Origin: Vicugna vicugna
Lineage: Eukaryota
Direction: 5' to 3'
NCBI GenBank assembly: GCA_013265495.1
Contig: MU057984.1
Location: forward strand, 124,001-188,000
Length of the DNA stretch: 64,000 bases
Shown here piece by piece: positions 12,335-26,824 of this stretch (position 1 is the first letter of the stretch; each line of letters opens with the position of its first letter). A model generated the notes under the pieces. The model made no database searches. It was not told where the DNA came from and saw only the letters and a program-made list of their open reading frames with translations. A program made the position numbers and the translations under genes.

Positions 12335-13139
12335 CTGGAACAAAATATAAATACTATCATTACCCCATTCTCTTTATGAGAACTTGATGGACAACACTTG
12401 TTTTATATTCTGCTGCATAAGACTACAGTTGAACCTTAGTGCTGCTATGCAGCTGTGAGTCTGAGACTTGTTATTTCATGGAATGCTTATGGAATAACAG
12501 TAAGGAGACATTTTTTTAAATTACTAAAGAGTGTCATTCATCCCAGGGTGACAAAAATGGAATCTTAAAGATTTTTTCAATCATACCTTATATTTAGAGT
12601 ATACAAAGAATAAAAAAGGCTGTCTCTATAAAAATTAGAAGGACTCAATGTCCCAAATGAAAATTCAATCATTTGGAAATAAATTAACATCTAAAATCCC
12701 TGACCACAACAGCTCTCATAAAGCCTTTGTTTTTACTATTATTCCAACGTGATATTTGCTCATTTTCCTTCAACTCTCCACTTGCTAATTGAGATGAAAG
12801 TACTTTACAGGTTCATTTAAGATTCTTGGTCCTGGAGATGAGTTGCTATGATATGAAATGAACTGAATGACATTTAAGATTCAACTGACCATCTTCATGT
12901 CAAGCTAGATTACATTTGAGATGAAGACTGTGAAAGAAATTGAGGAACTTCTTGGTAGAATAAAGCAGGAGAGAGGCACAGTACCTAGGAGGTTGTGAGG
13001 AATTTAAAATCCAAACGGACAGGGGAGATACAGGCAGAAGGTAAAGAACTGTTTCCTAAAACAGATCCGACACTGAAACATAGACAAGGAAATGGGAGAT
13101 TCAGGTTGGGATTCAGTGATCCATTCAGCAAATGCATAT

Positions 13140-13350
13140 TCAGTATCATAGCAGAGGGTTTGAGAAAGTGGACTAAGGACACAGATGGCCTAGATCAGAA
13201 TCCTAGCTCTATCTGGGAGGCTGACTTTAGGCAACTTATTAGCCTTTTTGTACCTCAATTTTCATGCTGTTAAATGAAGTTAATAATCCCTATAAAGACA
13301 TTAGATCAGTGCCCGGCATGTGGAAAGTGCTCTGTAAGGACTAATTTATA
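13140..13350 (+). mobile_element. MIR SINE
   Basis: Core 'gaatcctagctcta...tgactttaggcaacttattagcctttttgtacctcaattttcatgctgttaaatg'. Confidence 0.75.
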
Positions 13351-16300
13351 TTAATACAGTCATCATTATGATTTTTACTGTTTTAAAACATTTTATTATC
13401 AGTGCTAGGCAATGATGCATGGCCCAATAAGTAAGAGATGTATAAAATAGAATATCCAGAGGGGTGATGGGAGCAAGATGGCAGAACAGGAAGCCCCAGA
13501 TTGGTCCCATGGAGACACCAATTCAACAACACGCACACCACTTTCCATTATAAGAAATTCTGAAACCAGTTAAGAGGCTTCTTCCCCTTAGGTGAGTGCA
13601 AAATCAGCTGCTTTGAAGCCAGGAGGAAAATTTGTGGCACACTCTCACCACCATCTCTCCCTCCCGAGCACAGTACCACATGATTTGGAGGAAATTCTCA
13701 GCTCCTACTTCTGCCAGGGGAAGAAAAGAGAAGAGCAGAGCAGACATCCAACATTTGGACTTCTGGGGTTAGGGTACTGCTGGGGGCCTGGCTGCTGTTT
13801 TGCGCATCTTGAAGTACTAATGAGGCCTGACACATTCTAGATGCATGGGAACTTCTGAAGACAAAAAAAGATCTGAGCAGTGTGCTGCTGCTTCAGAGTG
13901 CCCATGGTATAGAAGACAGATACCAGAGGGAGCAAGAGATTACAAACTCCTGAAAAAATAGAAACTGGCAAATGCCTCTAATTGGTAATATTCACACTTC
14001 ACACACAAAGTTCAGAAAGACACATCCACGGGAAAGATTTGAGAGGCCCCAGAGTCTCTAGTTGGGCTGATTGTTGAAGCTTCTTCCCTGTACAAAGCCA
14101 GTCTGTAAAGACTGGGAGAGGTAGCTGTTTTTTCAAATGTATGGATACCAACATAAAGTTACAAAGAATATGAAGAAACAGAAAAAATATATTACTCGGT
14201 TAAAGGAACAAATCTCCAGAAACACACCATAAGGAAATGGAAGAACAGGAAATTACCTGACAGATTATTCAAATAACTGCCATGAAGGTGTTCAACAATA
14301 TCAGGGGAACAATGCATGAACAAAATGAGAATTTCAGCAAGAGACAGAAAATATTAAAAAAAACTGAACAAATTTTGGAGGTGAAGAATGCAGTAAATGA
14401 ACTGAAAAAATTCACTAGAGGTTCAACAGAAGATTTGATCAAGCAGAAGTAATCAGAGAACTTAAAGAAAAGTCATTTGAAATTATCTAGCCAGAGGCAG
14501 AGGAGCAAAAAGAAAAATAAATGAAATAGTGTGAAGAAAATCTAACGGACTTAAACAACAACATCAAGTGGACCAATATACACATTAGGAGTCTTAGAAG
14601 GAGAAGAAAGAAATAGGGGCAGAAAGCTTATTTAAAGAAATAATGGCCGCAAACTTCCCAAATCTGGGGAAGGAAATGGACATACAGATTCAAGAGTTTC
14701 TAAATAGGATGAAATGAAAGAACTCCACAATGAGATCAACTCCACAATAATCAAAATGTCAACAGTTAAAGACAAAAAGGGAATTTGGAAATAACAAGAG
14801 AAAAATAACTCATCACATACAAGGAAACCCTTATAAGACTATAAGCAAATTTCTCAGCAGAAACCTTGCAAGCCTAAAGTGAGTAGGATGATACATTCAA
14901 AGTGATAAAAAGTAAACAAACTGCCAATCAAAAATATTACATCTAGCAAAATGGTCCTTCAAAAATGAAGCAGATATTTTCCCTGCTAAAGAAACACTGA
15001 GGGACTTAATCACCATTAGACCTGCCTTAGAAGACATGCTAAAGGGAGTCCTTCAAGTTGAAATAAAAAGATTCAAAACAGCAACACAAATGCATATTAA
15101 AGTATAAAGCTGACTGGTAAAGGTAAATATATAGAAAATACACAAAACTGAATACTGTAATAGTGGTACATAAATCACTTAATTGTGGTATAAAAGTTAA
15201 TGAAAGTAAAAAAAACTATAATTATAAAATATATTAATGGATACATAATATACAAATGTAATTTGTACATCACTCACAAAGTGTAGAGATTTTATGTGAA
15301 ATTGAGGCTAAATTTTCATCAGCTTAGAATAGACTGTTAAACCTGTAAGATGCTTTATGTAAGCCCTACAAAAACTACAAAGAATACACCTATAGAAGAT
15401 ACCTAAGAGAATATGAGAAAGGAATCAAAGCATGTCACACACAAAAAAATCAATACAACACAAGGGAAGAGAGCAAGAGAAGAAAAGATGGACAAAAAAG
15501 CTACAAGACATGTAGAAAACAACGAAATGGCACTACTACTTATCCTTATCTGTCACTAATTACTTTAAATATAAATCAATTAAACTCTTCAATCAAAAGA
15601 TACAGTAGCTGATTGGATAAAAAGCAAGATCCAAGTATACGCTGTCTATGAGAGGCTAACTTTGTGTTTAAAGATACACATAGGATGAAAGTTAAAAGGA
15701 AGGAAGAGATATTCCATGCAAATGGTAAACAAAAGAGAGCATAGATGGCTTTACTTATATTAGACAAAGTAGACTTAAAAGAAAGTCTTGTCACAGAAGA
15801 CAAAGAAGGATCTAATACTGGATCAATTTACCAGAATGATATAACAATTATATATATTATAGTTATATATTATGCCCAGCATCACAGTATCTAAATATAT
15901 ATACCAAAGAATAATAGAATTGAAGACAGAAATAGACAGCAATAGAATAATAGTAGGAAATTTCAATATTCCACTTTCAATAATGTATAGAAAACCCAAA
16001 CAGAAGATCAATAAGAAAAAAGAAGACAGGAACAACACTGTAGGTAAAAGAGATCTAACAAATATGTACAGAACATTCTACTCAATAGCAACAGCATTTA
16101 CATTCCTCTCAGGTACACAGGGAACATTCTTAAGGACAGATTTCATGTTAGGTCACAAATAAGTATGAACAAATTTAAGAAGACTGAAATCCTACCAGTT
16201 GTCTTTTCCCATCACAATGGAATGAAAACTAGATATCAATAGCAGAAGGAAAACTGGAAAATACACAAATATGTGGAACTTAAACAACAAACTCTTGAAC

Positions 16301-17553
16301 AACTATTGAGCCAAAGAAGATATCAGAAAGATGTTAGAAAATATCTTGAGACAAGTGGAAACAAAAACACAACATACCACAGCTTACAGAATGCAGCAAA
16401 AGTAGTACTAGGAGGGAAGTTTCTAGTGATAAATGTCTACATTAAAAAGAGAAAAATTCAAATAAAAAACCTATTTCTATACCTCTAGAAATGAGAAAAA
16501 GAAGAAAAACAACCTAAAGTTAGTAGAAAAAAGGAAATAATAAAGAGTAGAGTAGAAATGGAGAATAGAAAATAATAGAAAAAATAGAAAAAAATCACCT
16601 AAGACTCAAACTGGGTAACCAAGTTTAACAAGTGGAGATGGTTTCTTCTGCTGGTATGGTATTTTCATTTAAAAAAATAAGTGTCTAAATATGCTGTCCA
16701 GTAGTACAATTGAAATTATTTTTGTTTCTTTTTGTTGATAAAATTATGTTCTCACTATGTGTATTTTGTGCTAATTAAGCCTGGCAGTTTCATTCATTAA
16801 ATCCAAGAAATAAAATACTATTTCATTTAGAAAACTAGAATTTTAATCATATTGTGGCCATACTTATGGACTAAATTTCAAAATGAAAATTCTATAATTT
16901 ATATTAAAAAGGAGTCAAACTAAGAGTTGTTTTTTTAAAAAGAACAAGATCAACAAACATTTAGTTAGACTAAGAAATAAAAGAAGACTCAAATATATAA
17001 AATCATAAATGAAAAAGGACACATTACAACTGATGCCCCAGATATAGAAACAATCATAAGGGACCACTATAATCAATTACATACACTACATACCAAAAAG
17101 TTGTATAACCTAAAGGAAATGGATAAATCCGTAGAAAAATGTAATCTACCAAGACTGAATCATGAATAAACAGAAAATCTGAACAGATCTATAAATATTA
17201 AGAACACTGAGTTAGTAATCAAAATCGTCCCAACAAAGGAAAGCCCAGGAACAGATAGTGAATTCTACCAAATATTTAAAGACTTAACACCAATCTATCT
17301 CAGACTCTTCCAAAACATAGAAGGAGTGGGAATACTTCCAAATACTTCCAAACTTAATTTATCCTGATGCCAAAGACAGAAAAAGATACAACAAGAAAAC
17401 TACAGGCTAATATCCCTATTGAATATAGATGCAATAATCCTCAATAAATACTATCAAATGGAATTCAACTGCACATTAACAGGATCATACAACATGTCCA
17501 AACCGGATTTAACAATAGGATGTGAGGAAGGTACAACATGAGAAAATCAATTA

Positions 17554-17820
17554 GTAACCAATCTTATGGTTACTCGGGGGAAAGGGGATGGGAAGGGATA
17601 AATTTGGGAGTTTGAGATTTGCAAATATTAACTACTATATAAAAATAGACAAAAAACAAGTTTCTTCTGTATAGCGCAGGGAACTATACTCAGTATCTTG
17701 TAATAACCTGTAAGGGAAAAGAATATGAAAACAAATGCACGTATGTATATGTTTGATTGGGACATTATGCTGTACACCAGAGATGGACGCATTGTAAGTG
17801 ACTATACCTCAATAAAAAAG
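17554..17820 (+). mobile_element. Younger L1 3' end nested in the old L1
   Basis: Same 3'-UTR type as 4312-4720. TSD gaaaatcaatta at 17542-17553 and 17821-17832. Confidence 0.9.
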
Positions 17821-18260
17821 GAAAATCAATTAATATGATAAACCACTTTAACAGAATGAAGGATAAAAAATACATGATCATCTCAATACATGGAGAAGGA
17901 AATTCTGACAAAATCCAACCCACTTTTATGATAAAAACACTCAAAAATCTAGGAATACAATAAAATTACTTCAACTCCATAAAGGCCATATAAGAAAAAC
18001 CCACAGCTAATATCATATTCAATGTTGAAAAACCTGAAAGTTTTTCCTCCGAGATCATTATCTCTGTTAGCAGATGACATGATTTTATTTGTAGAATGAT
18101 TCTAGAAAAAACTGTTAGAACTAATAAATGAATTCTTTAAGTAAAGTTGCAGGATACAAAATCAACATACAAAATCATTTGCATTACTATACACTAAAAA
18201 AGGGACTGCTTGAAAAAGTTAAGAAAACAATCCCATTTAAAATAGCATGAAAAAAGCATA

Positions 18261-18455
18261 CAGTTGACCCTTGAACAACAAAGGTTTGACCTTCATGGGT
18301 CTTCTTATATATGGACTTTTTTTCAATACATGTACTACAAAATACAATCTGCGACTGGTTCAGTCTGTGGGTGTGGAATCACAGATATGGAAGGCCAACT
18401 GTCAACTCCTGCAAGGTTGCCACCCCTAACCCCCGTATTGTTCAAGAGTCAACTG
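18261..18455. mobile_element. Tigger2a-like Tc1/mariner MITE nested in the old L1
   Basis: TIRs cagttgacccttgaacaa / ttgttcaagagtcaactg with TA on both sides (18259-60, 18456-57). Confidence 0.9.
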
Positions 18456-21400
18456 TACTTAGAAATAAATTTAACCAAGGACGTTAAAGATCTGTACACT
18501 AAAAAACTACAAGACAATGATGAAAGAAATTCAAGAAGATACAAATAAATGGAAAGATACCTCTATGTTTATGTCTAGGAAGAATCAATATTGTTAAAAT
18601 GTCCATACTACCCAAAGCAATCTATAGATTCAATGCAATCCCCATCAAAACCCCAATGGCATTTTTTGAAGACACAGGATAAAAACTGTAAAATTCCTAC
18701 TCAATCTCAAAGGATTCTAAGTGGCCAAAATAATCTTGAGAGATAAAAACAAAGCAAGAGGCTTACCATTTAGTAACTTCAAAATTTATGACAAAGCTAA
18801 GTAATCAAAACGCTGTGGTACTGGAATAAATACAGACACATAGCCCAATGGAACAGAGAGCCCAGGAATGAGCCCACACATATACAATCAACTAATTTTT
18901 GACAAAGTTGCCAAAAATACACAACAGGGAAAGGATAGTCTCTTCAATAAATGGTGCTGGTAAAACTGTACAACCACATATAGAAGAATGAAACTGGACC
19001 CTTATCTTATACCACTAACAAAAATCAACTGAAAATGGATTAAAGACATAAACATAAGAACTAAATCCCGTAAAAGTCAAATGTAAAAATTCTAGAAGAA
19101 AAACCTAAGGGAAAACTCCTTGACATTAGTTTTGGAAATGACTTTTTGGATATGACATCAAAAGCACTGGCAACAAAAGCAAAAATGAATAAGTGGGACT
19201 ATATCACACTAAAAAATTTCTGCATACCAAAGGAAAAAAATTAGTCAAATGAAAAGGCAACCTATGGAATGGAAGAAAATATCTGCAAATTATGTATCTG
19301 ATAGGAAAACAATCTCTAAGACATATAAGGAACTCCAACAACTCAACAGCAAAAAAACCCACATATAACCCTATTCAAAAATGGGCACAGGACCTGGATA
19401 GATACTTTTCCAAAGAAGACATACAAATGACCAACAAATACATGAAAAGCTGCTCAGCATCACTAATCATCAGGGAAATGCAAATCAAAACCACAATGGG
19501 ACATTACTTCATGCCTGTTAGGATGGCTGTTAAGAAAAACTCAAAAATAAATGTTGACATGAATGTGGGAAAAATGGAACCACTGAGTACTGTTGGTGGG
19601 ATTTAAAATTGGCACAGCCACTATATAGAAAACAGTATGGAGTTTCCTCAAAAAACTACAATTGAACTGTCATATGATCCAGCAATCCTACTTCTGGGTA
19701 TATATCTAAAGGAAATGAAGTCAGTATCTCAAAGTTTTATCTGTATTCTCATGTTACTGTAGCATTAATCACAATAGCCACAGTATGAAAATAATTGAAG
19801 TGTTGTTCTACAGATGATAGGGAAAGAAAATGTGGTATATATACAGAATGGAATATTATTTAGCCATAAAAAGAAGGAATTCTTGCCATTTGGGACACGG
19901 ATGGACCTGGAGGACATTATGCTAAGTGAAATAAGCCATATACAGAAAAACAAACTGCATGATTTCACTTAAATGCAGAATCTAAAAAAGCCCAACTCAC
20001 AGAAGCAGAGAGTAGAACAAGAGTTGTCAGCGGCTCGGGGTTGGGGGAAATAGGGAAATACTAGTCAAAGGTACAAACTTTCAGTTATAACCTAGATAAA
20101 TTCTGGAGATCTAATGTATAGCATGGAGACTATAGTGAATAATAATGTATTGTATACTTGAAATTTGCTAAAAGAGATCTTCAGTGTTCTTGCCACACAC
20201 ACCGAAAAGGTAACCATGTGAGGTGTTGAACAGGTTACCTTGATTGGTAGAATAATTTCACAATATATATTATATCACATCATCACATTGTTTACCTTTA
20301 ATATATACAATGTTTACTCATCAATCATACCTCAATAAAACTGGAAAAAGTAAAATTTAAAAACTACCTTAATACAAAAAGATAAGTCTCTGATAGGAGA
20401 ATTTCAAATCTCAGTGAAGACAGATAATTATAGGAACTATTCCTTTCTGTATGTGGCATTTCTTACATTATACTGTCCCAGAGGGTACCTATCCTGCTTA
20501 CATCTGCCAAAGTTAACGCTGGACTTAACCCTCTAAGGGAACAGAAATGTTGATCAGCTTTCCCAGAGCTATCAATATTGAAAATATAGCTTGGGGGTCA
20601 GACATGTTTTTTAGCTTACCACAGTTCAGAATGGCCTGAATCTGGAGTTCACAGGATACCAAGCTGGGATAGGGATGTGAACAAAGGTTTCTCTGTTGAG
20701 ATGGGATTGGAGGAGGAAAGAAAGGAGCCGAGGCATCTGACCAAAACCGGATAACCTGCCCACTGCACACTACCAAATCTGGTAATTTACTTCATTCCTT
20801 GCTGTGATTGTGTAAAGACATGTGTATCTTAGGTAAATTGGAGACAGTGATATTTATTTAGCAGTATTTTTAAAATTAAATGAAATAATGCTATATACAC
20901 TAAATATTTAGTAGGAATGAAACAAATATTTACTATTGTGGTTACTGTGTTGTTCTTAGGTTGGGCAGAGAAGGGAATAAGGAAAATGTGATGGTCATGC
21001 ATAATCACGGAACTGAGCCATTACTTCAATCACTGAAGTCCTAAATTTAACACAGCTCTGATCTTTACTGGGAACAAAGTCTTTTCAGCTCTTTTACAAA
21101 CAATATAATTAAGAATAACAGATGATCTGTTTTGATAATTTAAACTCTATTACATGTTTATCCTAACTCTTCAGAGTACTTGACATCCCTGAATCATCAT
21201 ACCTAAAATTATCCCTTGACAAACTCTGGTCCTTTTAAATAATAAAAATATAAATAGAAATGTACTCCTTAAAATAGTCTTCCTTGGCCCCTCCTCTTTC
21301 CTCCTCTTCTGGGGATACCCTTATGTTTTAGAGAACACTTAATTTAGGAGACAGAATACCCAGCACCTCAGGGCTTGTCATGCATTTTTTCTCCCCATTT

Positions 21401-21934
21401 CTCCTCCCAACATGACCAGCAAACAAGAAAAATGTGTAGTCAACAGGGCATAGAGCCATTTTTATTCAAAACTTATTTTGCTTCTGATCAGAAAGAAAAA
21501 GGAGATGTTGCGTGTTGAGTTGGTTCACGGGGAAGCTAGTTAAATCCGGAATATGGTGTCAGCCTATCCCATATGTTCCCCCACTCATTTCATAGGTCTT
21601 GTGAATGACTTGAGATTTCTAATACCTACTGAGGTATAGCCTCCCTAGGGATGGAAAGCGAACTGAATCTACTGAGTAGCCTTTTTGTATCACTGAATCA
21701 TTTAAAATAAATTTAAAGACAGACTTGGCATGGGGTAGTTTTCAACTGCCCCAGAAAATTGATCCATGAGGAGAAAATTAATTCATCCCCTTCTGCAGTG
21801 TGGTATGTCACCCACCATGATCTGAGCCTTGCCACTCAAAGAACTCTATCTGATGACAGTAACTGGGAGGAATCTGGAGAGAGTTTACTGACTTAGAAGA
21901 GGCTTAAAATATTCAACTAAGCAGATTCCACTGT

Positions 21935-22165
21935 GGCATGCTTGCACATTCTGTAATACTTTTCCCATCAGAAGGTGGGACCTATGTTCCCTTTCATAAA
22001 TCCAAGTCAACATAGGGACTCTCCTGTAACCAGCAGACTGGCTGAAGTGATGCTGCATAGCTAGGTCTATGTCAAGAAATACTCTGAAGTTCTTTTGAAA
22101 TACACCCTGTGTGAAACCAGTCACCATGTACAAAATCCAATTACTTGAGGCACGCATTCTATTAA
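21935..22165 (+). mobile_element. MLT1 (MaLR) LTR fragment
   Basis: 'cccatcagaaggtgggacctatgttcccttt...gaagtgatgctgcatagct...cagtcaccatgta'. Confidence 0.55.
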
Positions 22166-23769
22166 GACTACATTTAGGCACCGTTAGCTAATAATAGAGG
22201 CACTGTAAGCCAACAATTAGCATTAACTTAATCACTGGGATGACATTACTCATGACATTGAGCCAATGAACCATACTGGTATCTGAATTAATGTGGATAT
22301 TCAGTAGGATGTAACATGTTCCTGTCCTTCCTTCTTTTTGACAGTAAACATTGGCCTTGGTCTGTGTTTCCAAGTCCCTAAATGTAGGCAGAGTTTCCAA
22401 TTAGATTTAGAGACAAAGTAGACTAACGAACGTGATTCATTTTTCAATTTAGACAGAAATAATCAAGATGATATTCTTCCAGAAAACTCATCCATTTCAT
22501 TTTACATCTTTATTGAGCGCTTTCCTTTATGAGTATCATCCAAAATTTTCAGACATTGTATTATAATCTGTCATAACTGATGATTGAATTATATAATTGT
22601 ACCTGTCAAAAGTAGTCACAAGTGAGGCAATGAAGGATGGAATGTGTGTTATTTTGAATTCAAATGCTTTAGTTCCTATGTTTTTATTAAATTAAATGCA
22701 GGAAATTGTTATAGAGTGATGAATTAACAAGTACAGAACATAATGGCTCAAATACTCTGAACTCTATTGATTATTTATTTTCTACAACCCAGAAAGAAGA
22801 AAGATAAGTTTACTCATTAAAGGCCCATACAGGTGATGCAATCAGCCCACTTTCTCATATTCTAGGTAGCATCTACCGTGCATCTCTTTAGTAAATTTTC
22901 ACCTATATGGGAAATGTGGTGTGGATCATGCAAAGCAGACCTGTAGTAGCAAAAACCATAGCAAAGCCCAAGTGTGTGTAGGCCAGATGCACATATAAAA
23001 GTAGATGAAGGAATTTAGACTTTTAACCTAAAACTCTATGAGTAAGTCACAGGTACCTCCCCTTCCCCCAAATGCCAGGTATATATCCAAAAAAAACCCT
23101 AGGTGAAGGAAAATTGATTTCCCTGCCCAAGAGGCAGCTTTCTCAAAGTAAATAAGTATGATACTAAAATTTCCTGCCTGCCAATAAAAAGAAACTCACT
23201 TTTGCACTGCTGATCGCACAGGGAATACTTTAAAACTCACCTGAGAAGATTATACAGGCCAAATAGTTAAGAATATTTAATAAGTTATTAAAAGAGCAGA
23301 GCTCTAATCATACCCATAACTGTGTTTATCTGGAGCTGATTAACCCATTACATTTTTTTACTACAGTAAACAATTTACTTTGAAAAGACTTAAAATATAT
23401 TGACATAAGAGTTTTGTGCAGTACATAAGAATACAAAGAGACACTTTAAAGTATTATGAATGAACTTTATAGAATGTTTTTAAAGAGTTTTAAAAGGTAT
23501 CTTAGAAGGAATAGCAAATAATTCTATGTGCCATTAAATTCCAGAAACCGAAGAAAGACATCAAGCTTCTGTTTTGTCGCTAAGTGCACTTCAAGGCAAA
23601 TTTATATTCAGTGATAACTGTTACTTATCGGCATGGAAACCAAAGTGCTTGGGGATTTTCATTCTTTCAGGGCATACTTATCAAGCATCCCTTAGATATC
23701 TGGCACTGACCAAGACAGTCCTAGTCCTTGTCTTCATTGAACTGAGACTAAAAGTGACAGCAGATATTA

Positions 23770-25590
23770 CATGACAAGACTCATCATAATCAAACTTCTG
23801 AAAACTAAAATCAAATAATACATCTTGAAGGGAGCTAGAAAGAAATGAAATGTTACCTAGAGGGGAACAACTGTTGAAGTGACAGTACACTTCTCCTCAG
23901 AAACCATACAATCCAGATGGAAGTGGCACATTTTTTCAAGAAATGATGGGAGAGAACTATGAACACCATGAATTCAATATCAAGCAAAAATAGTCCTCAT
24001 TAACAAAGGAGTAATCTCAGATTAAGGAAAGTGAACAGAATGTGTCATTAGCAGAGCTAATCTTAAAAAATAGCTAGAGGAAGTTCCCTTAACAAAGGAG
24101 AAATTAAAATAGGAGGAGGCTGGGACTGTAGGAGGGAAGCAAAAACAATGGAATGGGTAAGAATAGGGGTAGGTATAATGGACTACCCTGCTCATCAGTT
24201 TACAAGTGAAGCAAAGATTATAACATCATCGGACATGGTGCTCAATGTATGTAGTGACTATATATTTAAAAAATGGGGAGGGTAAAGGAACCAACGGAAA
24301 TGAGGTTTCCACACTTATCCTGAGGTAGCAAACTGTCTATAGCAGTAGACTGTGAATTGTTGCATTTGAGTATCGTAATACTGCAACTATTAAAAACAAA
24401 CTATTTAGTGATATGTATTTAAAAAATCAATATAGATAAATAACAGTGGATTCTAAAAACAGTTCAGGTTATCAATAGAAAGGCAAGAAAAGGAAAACAG
24501 ATGAAAGAAACAAAATGAATAATGAAATCGCAGAAATAAACCTGATACATCAATCATTACTGTAGATGTCAGTGATGTAAATGCACACCCATGGAACTTA
24601 AGAGACTGGCAAAATGAATTTAAAAGGATTATCCAATTATATGTTGTCTACAAAAAATACGCTTCAAATTTAGTGATAAAGGTCGATTGAAAGTAAAAGT
24701 ATAAAAAACATTACACCATGCAAATCTTCACTTTTTAAATTGTCCTTTAGTAGATGAATGGATAAATAAACTGATACATCCAGACAGCGGAATATTATTC
24801 AGTGCTAAAAAGAAAAGAGCTATCAAGGCATGAAAAGACGTGGATAAACCTCGAATGCATATTACTTAGTAAAAGAAGCCCATCTGAAAAGGCTACATAC
24901 TATGTGATCCCAATTATTTAACATTCTGGAAAAGACAAAACTATGGAAACAAGAAAGGTCAGTGGTTTCTAGGGGTGGGGTAAGAGAGATGAATAGGGAC
25001 AGCACAGAGGATTTTTAGGGCAGTGAAAATACTCTGCGTGATACTATAATGATATACATACGTCACTATACTTTTGTCCAAACCCAGAGAATGTACAACA
25101 ATGCGCTCTAAGGCAGACTATGGACTTTGGGTAATTATGATGTGTCAGTGTAGGTCAATCCTTATTAAATGTACCAGTCTTGTGAGTCAAGTTGGTAATG
25201 CGGGAGGCTATGCAGGTATGGGGACAGGGGCTATATGAGAAGTCTCTGTGCCTTCCTCTCTATTTGTTGGAAACCTAAAACTGCTTCCAAAAAAATTTAA
25301 ATACAAACAGTACACATTGGGTGATTTTTTTATATAAAATATCCAGAAAAGACAAGGTTAAAGAGACAGAAAGCAAACCACTGGGTGCCTGAGGCTGGGG
25401 GTGGGAATAGGGGTTGATAGCAAAGGTGCCTGAGGGACATTTGAGGGGAGATGGAAGATTCTAAATCTAGAACGCGGTTCTAAACCTAGATTGCCAATTC
25501 TGTACGCTTTCAGAAAAATATTGAAATGTACACCAACAATGGGTGAATTTCATGCTGTGTATGTTATACCTCAAAAAAAGCTGTAAAATA
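23770..25590 (+). mobile_element. Old L1 cluster: ORF1/ORF2-start remnant, L1MC1-like 3' end (~24745-25290), further L1M 3' end
   Basis: 'cataatcaaacttctgaaaactaaa', 'gatgaatggataaataaactg...gaaaaggctacatactatgtgatccc', 'gttatacctcaaaaaaagctg'. Confidence 0.8.
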
Positions 25591-26062
25591 TATTTTACAT
25601 GTGTCATAGGTAGAAGTACTGTCATGCTGGCTATGTTATCACAAGTGTTACAAAGAATGCTATGGTTGAGCATAGTAATGCAGAAAATGGAATCAGTATA
25701 CATTATGCATCATCTCTACTTAGTTAAACCACTTAATAACCCCAAACCATTAAAATTTACTGAAAAACATTCCAACAATCTGAAAAAATACACTAAAAGA
25801 TCCTTTGAAAATATAGTATTCTAAGTATCAATATTTACTTACTTTTTCTTATTGTTTTTGGTCTTCACTTTGCAGACTTCATTTTCTAATTTTTAAATAC
25901 TAAATATGAAATATATAAAGCTTTGATTCATAAAAGCAATACTGCTCTGGCTTAATCAGCAACAGGTGACATAGTAAAACTTTACATCTTAAATTTTGTT
26001 TCCCAGTTCAGCATAAATTACATTCACAAAACCAGTTACATACTTTTTGCTTGATGTATTAC

Positions 26063-26224
26063 CTTGTCTGACTTGTCAGCCTTAAGTCAATAGTAGATTC
26101 CTTAAATAAACCAACCCCTTCGATGTCAATGACGTCATCCACATCAGGCTCAGTAGCAACCAGCATCATGGGAAACCTCCAGATCCCATATGTTAGGCAC
26201 TCTACTGCCAGCATAACATGAGAC
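26063..26224 (-). CDS. CFAP47: CFAP47 internal exon (162 nt, phase 2 to 2): SHVMLAVECLTYGIWRFPMMLVATEPDVDDVIDIEGVGLFKESTIDLRLTSQT(R)
   Basis: Not in the ORF track; read manually. Acceptor tctttttctattcaag|G TCT and donor ACA AG|gtaata. ATEPD..VIDIEGVGLFKES motif matches recalled CFAP47. Confidence 0.9.
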
Positions 26225-26699
26225 CTTGAATAGAAAAAGAGACTGTAAGGATACTACAGGAAAACAAGCCAAGAGAACACAGTATAGCAGACCAATATCT
26301 AAGGTGAAAATGTAAGTAAAAACCTGTGGTTTCAGAAAAACACTGAGACTTTTAATTCTTAAAAAAATGTAGATGACTATTAATTACATTTTAGGAAAAA
26401 TTTTGTAGGTTTCAGTTCACATTATCATTCTCCCTTTGAGGTAATTATTTCGTAGGGCATCTTATTTACTCTCTAGTAATTTTACTCACTGTTTGCTAAG
26501 AACCAGTAACATATGCAGGATTGATTCTGCAAATTTTCTGGAACCATCAGAGAACATTATATTATGAGGAGACAATGGCAAATGGACCCAAGTGTTACAC
26601 TAAAAGGTATTATTGCATATGGAGATTTTCTGTTCATATGCATACTTAATATATTATAATACAAGTTCTGCTCACATTTTAGGGCAGCAATCACTCCTT

Positions 26700-26824
26700 T
26701 ATTATGGGGGAGGTAATTAGGTTTAATTATCTATCTATTTATTTTTTTAACTGCAGTACTGGGGATTGAACCCAGAATCTCATGCATGCTAGGCACGCAC
26801 TCTACCACTGAGCTATAACCTTCT
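26700..26824 (-). mobile_element. tRNA-derived (camelid-type) SINE
   Basis: Minus-strand Pol III boxes TAGCTCAGTGG (A) and GGTTCAATCC (B), with ggggaggtaattaggttt tail. Confidence 0.9.

Larger units (their letters stand above)
13460..20350 (+). mobile_element. Decayed near-full-length LINE-1 (5' UTR, ORF1 ~14170-15090, ORF2 ~15570-19850, 3' UTR), antisense to CFAP47
   Basis: Starts 'gggagcaagatggcagaa'. Endonuclease remnant ORF 15872..16162 (RIIVGNFNIPLS), RT remnant TTA GCA GAT GAC ATG (LADDM) near 18068, C-terminal ORF 19292..19606 ([11 protein letters not shown]). 3' end 'tacctcaataaaactggaaaaa'. Many stops and frameshifts. Confidence 0.95.

Noticed and set aside
26750..26820. tRNA-like sequences here and at ~40050, 51810 and 52890
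   Set aside because: They are SINE heads with A-rich tails and decayed stems, not tRNA genes.
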